Notes under the pieces: model-generated
Databases searched by the model: none
What the model was told of the DNA's origin: nothing
What the model saw: the letters and a program-made list of their open reading frames with translations, nothing else
Part shown: in pieces, positions 28,297 to 38,013 of the stretch
Position numbering within the stretch: position 1 is the first letter of the stretch
Layout: each line of letters starts with the position of its first letter
Made by a program: the position numbers and the translations under genes
Source: an uncultured delta proteobacterium
GTDB taxonomy: Bacteria > Desulfobacterota > Syntrophia > Syntrophales > UBA2185
Assembly (NCBI GenBank): GCA_963729715.1
Contig: CAVSPA010000006.1
Coordinates: 135,748 to 199,747, forward strand
DNA length: 64,000 nucleotides
Reading direction: 5' to 3'

Positions 28297-29529
28297 ATGA
28301 ACTCAGGCGATACAGCATGGGTATTAGTATCGACAGCGCTGGTCTTTTTTATGGTTCCAGGATTGGCGCTTTTTTATGGGGGCATGACACGCAGGAAGAA
28401 TGTCCTCTCCACCCTGATGCAATGCATCATCGTCGTGTGCCTGATAAGTGTCCAGTGGGTATTATTCGGTTACACGCTGGCGTTCGGACCCGATTCAGGC
28501 TTCGGAATACTTGGAAATCTCGACTTCATATGTCTGCGGAATGTGGGTTTCAACCCTTTCAATGAATATTCAAAAACAATCCCCCATCTCGCGTTTATGA
28601 TTTTTCAGTGCATGTTTGCCATTATTACACCCGCATTGGTCATTGGCGCATTTGCGGAGCGCATCAAATTTTCGTCTTTTTGCATTTTTTCCTTGCTGTG
28701 GGCTACTTTTGTCTACGACCCCATCGCACACTGGATTTGGGGAGCCGGTGGCTGGCTGAAAGAATTGGGAGGCCTTGATTTTGCCGGCGGTATGGTTGTT
28801 CATGGAAGCTCAGGTTTTGCCGCACTTGTCGTTTGTCTTCTGATTGGCCAGAGAGTCGGCTATCAAGAACAGCCTTTCCGGCCGCATAATCTTCCCTTTA
28901 CCGTATTGGGGGCCGGCATGCTCTGGTTCGGGTGGTTCGGCTTCAACGCTGGGAGCGCTCTTGAAGCGAGCGGGTTGGCAGTTAATGCCTTTGTCAGCAC
29001 CAATATTGCCGCTGCAGTTGCGGCTCTGACATGGGCAATCTGGGAGTGGCAGAAACACGGCGCACCGACCATGCTCGGTTTGGTTACCGGTATTATAGCC
29101 GGACTAGGGGCAATTACGCCGGCCTGTGGTTATGTAAGGCCTCTTGCGGCCATACCAATTGGAATTTTGGCAGGCGTTTTCTCTTTCCTCGCTGTAACAA
29201 AAATGAAAGCCAGACTGGGTTATGATGATTCGCTGGATGTTTTCGGCGTTCATGGAATTTGCGGCGTATGGGGAACAATTGCAACAGGCCTCTTTGCGGA
29301 AAAAGCAATTAATGCCGCCGGAGAAAACGGCTTTCTTTTCGGCAACGCTAAACTGCTACTCATACAGGGGCTTTATGTTGCTGTCACTATTTGTTACTCA
29401 GTCGCAGTAACCTGGATTCTGTATAAATTCGTTGATGCCTTTATGGGCATGAGGGTTGAGAAGAAGGATGAGATCATCGGCCTTGACCTGACCCAGCATC
29501 ACGAATCCGCCTACACCGTTGTGGAATAA
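28297..29529 (+). CDS. amtB: ammonium transporter AmtB
   Basis: GGGAGG RBS, then MNSGDTAWVLVSTALVFFMVPGLALFYGGMTRRKNV...DFAGGMVVHGSSGFAALV.... Canonical Amt family. The track start at 28225 precedes the RBS-supported ATG. Confidence 0.9.
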   Translation: MNSGDTAWVLVSTALVFFMVPGLALFYGGMTRRKNVLSTLMQCIIVVCLISVQWVLFGYTLAFGPDSGFGILGNLDFICLRNVGFNPFNEYSKTIPHLAFMIFQCMFAIITPALVIGAFAERIKFSSFCIFSLLWATFVYDPIAHWIWGAGGWLKELGGLDFAGGMVVHGSSGFAALVVCLLIGQRVGYQEQPFRPHNLPFTVLGAGMLWFGWFGFNAGSALEASGLAVNAFVSTNIAAAVAALTWAIWEWQKHGAPTMLGLVTGIIAGLGAITPACGYVRPLAAIPIGILAGVFSFLAVTKMKARLGYDDSLDVFGVHGICGVWGTIATGLFAEKAINAAGENGFLFGNAKLLLIQGLYVAVTICYSVAVTWILYKFVDAFMGMRVEKKDEIIGLDLTQHHESAYTVVE

Positions 29530-29544
29530 GGAGGGTAGTTAGCC

Positions 29545-29886
29545 ATGAAATATATAGTCGCGATAATACAGCCCCACAAACTGGACGAGGTGATGAAAAG
29601 CCTGGAGGATGTGGAGGTGAACTTGGTGACCGTATCGAATGTACTCGGACGCGGCAGGCAGAAGGGTTTGACGGAGATCTACCGGGGTGCGAAGGAGGTA
29701 GGGAGCCTGCTGAAGAAGATAAAGCTGGAGATAGCGTGCAACGAGGATTTTGTGGAGCCGACGGTACAGGCGATCATCAAGGGAGCACGGACGGGAGAGA
29801 TCGGAGACGGGAAGATATTCGTGATTGACCTCTACGATGTTATCCGGATCCGCACAGGCGAACGGGGCGGCAAGGCCATAGGATAA
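29545..29886 (+). CDS. glnK: P-II nitrogen regulatory protein GlnK
   Basis: 113 aa: [16 protein letters not shown]...T-loop GRGRQKG...[31 protein letters not shown]. Adjacent to amtB. Confidence 0.9.
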   Translation: MKYIVAIIQPHKLDEVMKSLEDVEVNLVTVSNVLGRGRQKGLTEIYRGAKEVGSLLKKIKLEIACNEDFVEPTVQAIIKGARTGEIGDGKIFVIDLYDVIRIRTGERGGKAIG

Positions 29887-29904
29887 AGGAGAGGTGCGAG
29901 AGAT

Positions 29905-31320
29905 ATGAATCTTAAAGAGCTAATGAAGTATTCCAAGGACAAGCGTCTGGAGTTTATTGATCTGAAATTCACGGACATCCCAGGATTGTGGCAGCACATC
30001 ACGATACCGATCCAGCAGTTGGACGAGGACCTGGTTATCCATGGTATCGGTTTCGATGGTTCGAGCATCCGGGGGTTCCAGCCGATCAACGAGAGTGACA
30101 TGCTGATCAAGCCTGATCCTGAGACCGCATTCATCGATCCTTTCATGGCGGATCCCACGCTGAGCATGATCTGCAACGTCAAGGATCCCCTGACGCAGAT
30201 ACCGTATTCGCGTGACCCGCGTAACGTAGGACAGAAGGCGGAGAGGTACCTATCGGTCTGCGGGATAGCGGATCAGGTTTTTTTCGGTCCGGAGCCCGAG
30301 TTTTACGTCTTTGATGATGTACGTTTCGAACAGACTTACAACACGGGTTTTTACCGTGTCGATTCGAAGGAGGGATTCTGGAATACGGCAAGGGACGAGG
30401 GGCCGAATCTCGGATACAAGCCGCGCTACAAAGAAGGCTACTTTCCTGTGCCTCCCACAGACAGCCTGCAGAATCTCCGGGCGAAAATGTGCAAGGTGAT
30501 GACGGAAGTGGGGATTCCTGTGATTCTCCATCACCACGAGGTTGCCACGGCGGGCCAGTGCGAGATCGGTGTGCGTATCAATAACCTTGTGGACACGGGA
30601 GACATGTTGATGAAGTACAAGTATGTGGTAAAGAACGTCGCCCTGGCGCACGGGAAGACGGTGACGTTCATGCCGAAGCCGCTCTTCATGGATAACGGTT
30701 CGGGAATGCATGTGCACCAGAGCCTCTGGAAGAACGGCAGGAACCTATTTTATGAGCCAGGCGGATACGGAGGAATCAGCAAGCTCTGCCGCAACTATAT
30801 CGGGGGCCTGCTGCATCATGCTCCATCGCTTCTGGCCTTTACGTCACCCACGACGAATTCATACAGGAGACTCGTTCCGGGGTATGAGGCTCCGATCAAC
30901 CTGGTGTACTCGCAGCGGAACCGGAGCGCATGTGTGAGGATACCGATGTATTCACCCTCCGAGAAGGCGAAGCGTATAGAGTTTCGTTGTCCCGACTGTT
31001 CCTGCAATCCGTACCTGGCGCTTGCGGCGATGCTCATGGCGGGTCTGGACGGCATCGAGAACGAGATCGAGCCGCCGCCGCCCATCGATGAGGATATCTA
31101 TGAGCTTTCGCATGAGGAGAAGAGCCATATCAAGGCGACGCCCGGCTCCCTTTCAGAGGTGCTGGATGCGCTGGAGAAGGAGCACTCCTATCTTCTTAAA
31201 GGTGATGTCTTTACGGAGGACCTGATCCAGACGTGGATCGAGTACAAACGAAAGAGGGAGGACGACCTGATCAGGCTTCGTCCCCATCCTTACGAGTTTG
31301 CGTTGTACTACGATATTTAA
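29905..31320 (+). CDS. glnA: glutamine synthetase type I
   Basis: 471 aa with [22 protein letters not shown] and [10 protein letters not shown] motifs. Ends LYYDI. Confidence 0.9.
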   Translation: MNLKELMKYSKDKRLEFIDLKFTDIPGLWQHITIPIQQLDEDLVIHGIGFDGSSIRGFQPINESDMLIKPDPETAFIDPFMADPTLSMICNVKDPLTQIPYSRDPRNVGQKAERYLSVCGIADQVFFGPEPEFYVFDDVRFEQTYNTGFYRVDSKEGFWNTARDEGPNLGYKPRYKEGYFPVPPTDSLQNLRAKMCKVMTEVGIPVILHHHEVATAGQCEIGVRINNLVDTGDMLMKYKYVVKNVALAHGKTVTFMPKPLFMDNGSGMHVHQSLWKNGRNLFYEPGGYGGISKLCRNYIGGLLHHAPSLLAFTSPTTNSYRRLVPGYEAPINLVYSQRNRSACVRIPMYSPSEKAKRIEFRCPDCSCNPYLALAAMLMAGLDGIENEIEPPPPIDEDIYELSHEEKSHIKATPGSLSEVLDALEKEHSYLLKGDVFTEDLIQTWIEYKRKREDDLIRLRPHPYEFALYYDI

Positions 31321-31364
31321 ATGACAGGAATAAAACGATCAATATAAATTAGGAGGTTAAGGAC

Positions 31365-32636
31365 ATGGATATAGGAATGGTGAGCATTTTTATTGGCGTG
31401 CTGGTCATCATGGCAGTCATTATTTATATCAAGGCGAACATGAAGATCTGTGAGCCCAATGAGGTAATGATTTTCTCCGGCAGGCAGTTTAAGGATAAGG
31501 ACAAAAAGTCGGTGGGCTACCGTGTCATCAAGGGCGGCCGGGGTTTGAAGATCCCGCTTATCGAGACGGTGCGGACGATATCGTTAAACACGATGCCCAT
31601 CGAGATGGATGTAACGGGTGCGCTCACGAGGGGGACGATCCCCGTGAATGTGAAGGCCATAGCGAATATCAAGATTGCCGGCACCATGGAGGATGGTCTG
31701 GGCAATGCCATCGAGAGGTTCCTGGGTAAGAGCGCGACGGCGATAGTGACGACGGCAAGGGAAATCCTGGAAGGAACCCTGCGTGGCATCCTGGCGACGA
31801 TGGAGCCTGAGGAGGCGAATGCGAACCGGATAGCGTTGGCGCAACAAGTTGCCAGAGAGGCAAGGGAAGATATGCAGCGGCTGGGTCTGGTTCTGGATAC
31901 GTTCAAGATCCAGGAGATCAAGGATGACAAGGGGTATTTAGAGGCTATCGCACGGAAGAAGAACGCCGAGGTCCACCGGGATGCGCGGATCGTGGAGGCC
32001 GAATCGAATGCGGAGGCGAGCAAGAAGGAGTCCGAGGGCAAGAAGATTGCGGAAATTGCGGAGATCCAGGCCCGGCGGTCCGTTGTAGAGACGGAGATGA
32101 ATTTCAGGGTTCAGCAGGCACAATGGAAGGCTGACGCCAATCGTGCGGAGGAGAAGGCAAAGGTGGCAGGAGACATCTCGCGCATGGAGGAGACGAAGAC
32201 CCTTGAGGCTCGGCGTGTGGAGACGAACAAGCTGAAGTATCAGGCGGATGTGATAATTCCCGCGGCAGCGGAGAAGGAAGCATTACTGATGAAAGCTGCG
32301 GGAGCGGCGGCAAGCACGTTTGAGGAAGGGAAGGCGAAGGCGGAGGCGTTAAGGCTGCTACGTGAGCAGTGGGAACACCCGAACAGCAAGGACCTGTTCA
32401 TGATCCAGCTCATGCCGGAACTTGTGGGTCATGTATCGAAGGTGATTGCCTCCAATCTCAGTGTGGAAAGGCTGACTGTAGTTGATGGGGGCGGAAGTGG
32501 CAGCGGCGGCGGTATCCCCCACCTGGTAGGGAACCTGGCCGGCTCGGTCAATTCCTTCTTCGAACAGATGAAGACTATGACAGGCCTGGACCTCGCCAGG
32601 TTGATAGAAGAACACTACCAGGCGTCGTCTAAATAA
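31365..32636 (+). CDS. flotillin-like SPFH-domain membrane protein
   Basis: N-terminal TM, SPFH domain, long Ala/Glu-rich coiled-coil (EAESNAEASKKESEGKKIAEIAEIQARR...). Flotillin/YqiK-like architecture. Confidence 0.75.
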   Translation: MDIGMVSIFIGVLVIMAVIIYIKANMKICEPNEVMIFSGRQFKDKDKKSVGYRVIKGGRGLKIPLIETVRTISLNTMPIEMDVTGALTRGTIPVNVKAIANIKIAGTMEDGLGNAIERFLGKSATAIVTTAREILEGTLRGILATMEPEEANANRIALAQQVAREAREDMQRLGLVLDTFKIQEIKDDKGYLEAIARKKNAEVHRDARIVEAESNAEASKKESEGKKIAEIAEIQARRSVVETEMNFRVQQAQWKADANRAEEKAKVAGDISRMEETKTLEARRVETNKLKYQADVIIPAAAEKEALLMKAAGAAASTFEEGKAKAEALRLLREQWEHPNSKDLFMIQLMPELVGHVSKVIASNLSVERLTVVDGGGSGSGGGIPHLVGNLAGSVNSFFEQMKTMTGLDLARLIEEHYQASSK

Positions 32637-32955
32637 AAAAACATGTCGCAAAGGCAACTGCGGCATGTCTCACATTCCCGCGAAAATTCTCCTCCCCCCG
32701 CGGGAGGGGAATGACGGGAGGTAGCGATGAAAGGTGTTTTCACTCACCTCAACATCTCCCGCGATATATTGCGCAGTAAGACTCCACGGAATAATATATG
32801 TAGCACCTTCCATTTTATTTCTTCTGTCCATCTATTCTCATGCGGCGGGGCGGGGAGCCTGCGATAGGGTTTTTCCTTATTGTCCCCCTCCCGCTTTTCA
32901 CCGATTAGTAAAACTGGGTTTGATATTTACGAGGGAATATTGTAAACCTTTGTCC

Positions 32956-34374
32956 ATGAGACGGAAGGACGCACAGTATGCAAAGGTTTATCGAGGGAAG
33001 GCGCTGATTGCCGATCCCATATACCAGTATGCCTCTTTTACTGTGCCGACAACTGATTTTCCGGACGAGAAAACGGAAAAGGACCTGATCGATTCTCCCT
33101 GGGTTCAAAGATTGCGGAGAATTTACCAGCTCCAGAGTGCCCGCTGGGTGTATCCGGCCGCAGAGCACAGTCGATTCCAGCATTCCCTCGGGACCATGCA
33201 CGTGGCGGGCGAGTTCGGAAGATATCTTTATCCCAGCCTGAAAGAGGTGTGCAGGGATGCCCCTTCATTGAACTATGTTGAGGAGGTTCTCCGCGTTGCG
33301 GGACTTCTGCATGATGTGGGGCATGGCCCGTACGGGCATTTTTTCGATGACCACTTTCTCAGCCAGTATGACATTACCCATGAGGATCTGGGAAAAGCGA
33401 TTATCACGAAAAGGTTGGGGAAGATCATCCGTCAAATCCGAAGAAGCCCTAACGGTCCCTTTGCCGGTGGTGAATGCCTCGACCCAAATCACGTGGCAAT
33501 TCTGATTAAAATGCCGGAGGGGGATGAAACTGGGGTGCCGCGGTGGCTGCAGCTTCTGAGGCAGCTCTTTTCAGGCATTTACACCGTGGATAATCTCGAC
33601 TATGTGCAGAGAGACGCCTACATGACGGGGTTCTCCCTCGATATTGTGGATATTACGAGACTTCGCTTTTATACTTTCTTTACGAAAGACGGCTTCACCC
33701 TGCATCAGGCAGGCATCTCGGCCCTGAGTCGCTTCATAAATGCAAGATTGAATCTCTATACAAATGTCTATTTCCATAGGACGACGAGAGCTCTTGATCT
33801 TCATCTGCAGGAGATATTCAGGGAAACGATGCGCATAATCTTTCCATGGAATCCATTGGAGGCGCTTGACGAGTATCTGAATTGCGATGAATGGCATTTG
33901 TACTATATAGTTTTGGGCTGGCTCGGGGAAAAGGACCGGAAGAAACAGAGACTGAGTCAGGAATGGACAAAGCTTTACAGCAGGGAAGTGAAATGGAAGA
34001 TGTCTTTTTCAACAGAGATATCCATCGACCAGATTCAAAGGGGGACGAGATTCGCCCATGCAGGCGACTATGAAAAGCAACTCAGGAGTTTTCTTCCTGA
34101 AAAACTGAAAGGCATTCCATTTCGCGTCGATTTGGCAACACAGGACCCACGCCCCATAAACCCCATGGCAGAGACGGAAAAAAGGGTTAATATCTTCAAC
34201 CCGACCACGGGTACAACGTCCCCGGAGCCATTGAGAGACATCTACCGCTTTATACCGGCGCGTGTCGTTCATCTGCGCGTCTTTGCACTTTCCCACGATA
34301 ATGATGCAGCGATTTCCAAGGCCGCTGAAAAGATGCTTAGCGCCTTGGAGGGAACTGCAAAGACTAATGTATGA
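32956..34374 (+). CDS. HD-domain phosphohydrolase (dGTPase/SAMHD1-like)
   Basis: ...RFQHSLGTMHVAG...LLHDVGHGPYGH...VDNLDYVQRDAYMTG..., the HD motif. The track ORF starts at 32734, but MRRKDAQ at 32956 is the plausible start. Confidence 0.75.
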   Translation: MRRKDAQYAKVYRGKALIADPIYQYASFTVPTTDFPDEKTEKDLIDSPWVQRLRRIYQLQSARWVYPAAEHSRFQHSLGTMHVAGEFGRYLYPSLKEVCRDAPSLNYVEEVLRVAGLLHDVGHGPYGHFFDDHFLSQYDITHEDLGKAIITKRLGKIIRQIRRSPNGPFAGGECLDPNHVAILIKMPEGDETGVPRWLQLLRQLFSGIYTVDNLDYVQRDAYMTGFSLDIVDITRLRFYTFFTKDGFTLHQAGISALSRFINARLNLYTNVYFHRTTRALDLHLQEIFRETMRIIFPWNPLEALDEYLNCDEWHLYYIVLGWLGEKDRKKQRLSQEWTKLYSREVKWKMSFSTEISIDQIQRGTRFAHAGDYEKQLRSFLPEKLKGIPFRVDLATQDPRPINPMAETEKRVNIFNPTTGTTSPEPLRDIYRFIPARVVHLRVFALSHDNDAAISKAAEKMLSALEGTAKTNV

Positions 34375-34400
34375 CCCGATCATCGGAAATATTTTTTGTC

Positions 34401-34419
34401 TATAGTGTTGAACACTATA
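34401..34419. promoter_or_regulatory. perfect palindrome TATAGTGTT-G-AACACTATA upstream of the NrdD-like gene
   Basis: 9-bp perfect inverted arms read directly in the sequence. The half-sites ACACTAT/ATAGTGT resemble NrdR-box halves but are in inverted order relative to the classical box. Confidence 0.4.
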
Positions 34420-34493
34420 TGTCTTTTATCCCCCTACGCATTGCTTAGGGAAAACTCCGGGGAAAAATTATGACAAATTTAAGGTAATCGCGG

Positions 34494-36560
34494 ATGGCAA
34501 ATGACGAGACCACAGATATAACCCTGTTCGTGAAGACATCCGGCGAGGATATTGCCAGATGGAACCGGCAGAAAATTGTTGATGCCCTGATCCGTGAAAC
34601 GAACGTCAATGTAGATACGGCAGAGGCAATCAGCAGAGAAGTTGAAAAACAGATCATTTCATCCGGTATCGGTGTACTGACTACGCCCCTCATCAGGGAA
34701 CTGGTGGACGCAAAACTAATCGAGAGGGGCCTTGAACAGGCAAGAAAGATGCACGCCCTGCTGGGATTTCCCATTTATGATGTACGGCAGTTGATCCTTC
34801 TTCAGAATAAGGAAAACGCCAACATACCTCACAGTCCGGAAGGCACGAATCTGATACTTGCGGAAGGAATAAAGAAAGAATACTCACTCTATGAGGTCTT
34901 TTCTCGGGAAGTCGCAGATGCGCATGTTATGGGCGATATCCACCTTCATTCTCTGGGATACATAGACAGGCCGTACAGTTCATTTCAGTCTCTTGAATAT
35001 ATAAAGAAATTCGGTTTGAACCTTCCCCACTCCCTAACAGTTGCCAAACCGGCCAAACATGCGGAGGTACTCCTCGCCCATATGGTCAGATTCGGCGCCA
35101 TTCTGCAGGGGCATTTTGCCGGAGTCATCGGCTGGGATGCCGTTAATTTCTCTTTTGCACCCTATCTGGCAGAGATGAGCGAAAAGGAAGTCAGGCAATT
35201 CGCCCAGATGCTCATTTATGAATTCTCCCAATTGACATCGGCTAGGGGCGGGCAGGCCATGTTTACTGACATTCACCTCTACTGGGATGTTCCGGAACAT
35301 CTTCGGGATGTTCCGATTATCGGCCCGGGAGGAGAATTGACGGGGAGTAATTACGAAGATTTCGCCGCTGATGCAAGGAGATTTGCTTGGGCCATTTTCG
35401 AAGTCTTTATAAAAGGGGACGGTACGGGCAAGCCTTTCATATTTCCCAGGCCACTCGTTCATATTACCGGGAATTTTTTTCAAACGCCGGGTCATGAAGA
35501 CTTTCTCAATCTCATCTGCCGCGTTGCCGTTGACAAGGGAAATACATGCTTCCTTTTCGATCGCGAGGAGATGATTAAGGCTTATTCGTGCGGTTTTCCG
35601 GCCACCGCTGAAAAGGGTAATGTGTCTGCCGAGGCGAAGATGCCCTGGCGGATGAGATGTCCGGTCTTACAGAACGTGACACTGAACCTTCCCAGGCTGG
35701 GTTACAAAGTCGAGGGGGATGAGAAAAGATTATTGTCTATGCTCTCCGATCTTATGGAAGTGGCAGCAAAAGCCCACGTAGAGAAGAAGGATTTTATTGA
35801 GAAGCTACTCTCCCACGGTGACGAAGGACCGCTGTCCGTGCTCGCGATGAAGAGAGATGGCTATCCGTATCTGAGGATGGATCATGCATGCTTCCTCATC
35901 GGCACTGTGGGACTCAACGAACTTGTCCGGATTCATACGGGAAGCCAGTTGCATGAATCGGAAGATGCCCTGATGTTTGGTTTGAAACTGATCGCCCATA
36001 TGAAGGATGAGACCGAAAAACTGAGCCGGAAATATGGCTTGAATTTTATCTTGGAACAGACGCCTGCGGAAACCACAGCCTACCGTTTTGCACGGCTCGA
36101 TCTGCGATACTATTCTCCGAAGGCGGGTCATTTTGTGCAGGGTGATATTTCGAAGGGAGAGGTCTACTATACAAATTCAACCCATCTTAGCCCATCAGCC
36201 ACTGTGGATCCAATAGAACGTGTAAGACAGGAAGGCCGCTTTCATCCTTTGACAAAGGGAGGAGGCGTTACCCAGGTGTGGCTCGGCGATGTTCGACCTT
36301 CGAGTGAGGAAATCGTCGGGTTTATCACCAAGGCATTTACGGATACTGAGAACGATCAGCTTCTGTTCTGTCCTGAATTTACCACCTGTAGAGAATGCGG
36401 CCAGACATTCAGGCGCCTAAAAGATGAGTGTCAATTCTGCGGCTCGAAGGATGTGGAAGGGATAGCGAGGATTACCCAGTATTTCAGCAGGATATCCGGC
36501 TGGAATAGAGGTAAACTGGCTGAACTCAGGGACAGGAAGAGATACGAGGAAATCAGTTGA
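34494..36560 (+). CDS. nrdD: class III anaerobic ribonucleoside-triphosphate reductase (NrdD)-like protein; Gln at the glycyl-radical position
   Basis: 688 aa. N-terminal ATP-cone and C-terminal zinc ribbon CRECGQ...CQFCGS. The tail ARITQYFSRISGWNRGKLAELRDRKRY aligns to the NrdD glycyl-radical motif R-x-C-G-Y-L...N.GK..E...R with Q in place of G. No nrdG activase gene is adjacent. Confidence 0.7.
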   Translation: MANDETTDITLFVKTSGEDIARWNRQKIVDALIRETNVNVDTAEAISREVEKQIISSGIGVLTTPLIRELVDAKLIERGLEQARKMHALLGFPIYDVRQLILLQNKENANIPHSPEGTNLILAEGIKKEYSLYEVFSREVADAHVMGDIHLHSLGYIDRPYSSFQSLEYIKKFGLNLPHSLTVAKPAKHAEVLLAHMVRFGAILQGHFAGVIGWDAVNFSFAPYLAEMSEKEVRQFAQMLIYEFSQLTSARGGQAMFTDIHLYWDVPEHLRDVPIIGPGGELTGSNYEDFAADARRFAWAIFEVFIKGDGTGKPFIFPRPLVHITGNFFQTPGHEDFLNLICRVAVDKGNTCFLFDREEMIKAYSCGFPATAEKGNVSAEAKMPWRMRCPVLQNVTLNLPRLGYKVEGDEKRLLSMLSDLMEVAAKAHVEKKDFIEKLLSHGDEGPLSVLAMKRDGYPYLRMDHACFLIGTVGLNELVRIHTGSQLHESEDALMFGLKLIAHMKDETEKLSRKYGLNFILEQTPAETTAYRFARLDLRYYSPKAGHFVQGDISKGEVYYTNSTHLSPSATVDPIERVRQEGRFHPLTKGGGVTQVWLGDVRPSSEEIVGFITKAFTDTENDQLLFCPEFTTCRECGQTFRRLKDECQFCGSKDVEGIARITQYFSRISGWNRGKLAELRDRKRYEEIS

Positions 36561-36761
36561 CTCCGCATACGTCTAAGTATGCCTCATACCGTATGATTTG
36601 CACACCCTAGAACTCGCGTTTTCTACGCGGCCGTCTGTTTGTCAATCCTGCAAAAGATTTTTTTCGTATATCATTAATGCCCTGCCCTTGACATGGGATA
36701 GGCCGATAAATATATTACGCACAGAATTTGGCCATTTTAAACGCAAGACCGCATAGTTGAC

Positions 36762-37346
36762 ATGGAAGATCATATAGTAAAGATATTCAAGGAAAGCAGT
36801 AATCTGACGGATGTTTTCGTCGCAGAAAATCTTGATGGTATTGTCAGTGTCATTGAGGCAATTACGGCGGCATTGAAAGCAGGAAACAAAATACTGCTGT
36901 TTGGGAACGGTGGCTCCGCCGCTGATGCCCAGCATCTGGCAGCAGAATTTGTGAACCGCTTCGTTATAGAACGTCCGCCGCTTCCGGCAATTGCCTTGAG
37001 CACCGATACATCCGTGATTACGAGCATCGCTAACGATTATGACTTCTCTGAGATATTCAGCAAGCAGATCAGGGCGATAGGCCAGACAGGCGACGTGGCG
37101 TGGGGCATAAGCACCAGCGGTGCCTCTCCAAACATCATAAAAGCCATTGAAGCAGCAAAGAAGATAGGGATGATCACAGTAGGCATGACGGGGAAGGACG
37201 GGGGCGACATAGCCAAGATGGTGGACTATTCACTCAATGTTTCCTCTAACAGCACACCGCGCGTGCAGGAGGTCCACATTACCGTGGGCCATGTGATATG
37301 CGAGATGATTGACTATAAGCTCTTTCAGAGGCCGGATGCGAAATAA
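36762..37346 (+). CDS. gmhA: phosphoheptose isomerase (SIS domain)
   Basis: LLFGNGGSAADAQHLAAEF...GDVAWGISTSGASPNIIKAIEAAKKIGMITVGMTGKDGG...QEVHITVGHVICEMID. Confidence 0.85.
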   Translation: MEDHIVKIFKESSNLTDVFVAENLDGIVSVIEAITAALKAGNKILLFGNGGSAADAQHLAAEFVNRFVIERPPLPAIALSTDTSVITSIANDYDFSEIFSKQIRAIGQTGDVAWGISTSGASPNIIKAIEAAKKIGMITVGMTGKDGGDIAKMVDYSLNVSSNSTPRVQEVHITVGHVICEMIDYKLFQRPDAK

Positions 37347-37383
37347 AGGCGGCGACGCCGCCTCGGGCATAAGACGATCTGAA

Positions 37384-37974
37384 ATGATGAATCGACACCA
37401 TATGAGCCATAAAATAAAAAAGGAAGTTACAAAAGAAACACCGGATGTTCTGGAAAAAGAAGGGGAAGAGCAACAAATCTCCGGTGATGAGGATATAATG
37501 TTAAAGCTTCAGGAAAAGGAAAAGGAGGCAGCCGACAACTACGACAAATATGTGCGTGCGGTTGCGGAACTTGAAAATTACAGAAAACGCGCAGCAAGGG
37601 AGAAGGCTGATTCGATTAAATATGGCAATGAAAATATCATTAAGGATATCTTGCCCCTGGTAGACAGCATGGACAGGGCATTACAGCATGCTGACAGCTA
37701 TGGCTATTCCGATTCATTTAAGAAGGGATTAAAGCTCCTCCAGGATCAGCTCCTGGGTTGCCTCGGAAAACACGGCGTGCAGCAAATCGAGTGTGTTGAT
37801 AAAACTTTTGATCCAAACATCCATGAAGCCGTATTTCAAGTTGATACCGGCACCCATGAGGATAACAAAGTCGTTGAGGAACTGGAAAAGGGGTATCGTC
37901 TGCATGAGAGGCTGTTGAGGCCGGCCAAAGTGTCTATTTTTAAACTACCGAAGAAAGAAGATAGCAAGGAATAA
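37384..37974 (+). CDS. grpE: nucleotide exchange factor GrpE
   Basis: ...DKYVRAVAELENYRKRAAREKADSIKYGNENIIKDILPLVDSMDRAL...VDKTFDPNIHEAV..., the GrpE signature. The track ORF starts at 37309, but ATGATG at 37384 is more plausible. Confidence 0.85.
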   Translation: MMNRHHMSHKIKKEVTKETPDVLEKEGEEQQISGDEDIMLKLQEKEKEAADNYDKYVRAVAELENYRKRAAREKADSIKYGNENIIKDILPLVDSMDRALQHADSYGYSDSFKKGLKLLQDQLLGCLGKHGVQQIECVDKTFDPNIHEAVFQVDTGTHEDNKVVEELEKGYRLHERLLRPAKVSIFKLPKKEDSKE

Positions 37975-38013
37975 ATAAAAGGGGAAACCAGATATTAAGG
38001 AGGATTGTTAGAG

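Noticed and set aside
34401-34419. Classical NrdR box pair
   Set aside because: The palindrome has NrdR-like half-sites, but in GTGT...ACAC order rather than ACAC-N8-GTGT, and no second box is ~31 bp away. Kept only as a generic operator.
37309-37383. Extended GrpE N-terminus from the track ORF
   Set aside because: It overlaps the gmhA 3' end, and the Arg/Gly-rich stretch is unlike GrpE. ATGATG at 37384 fits better.
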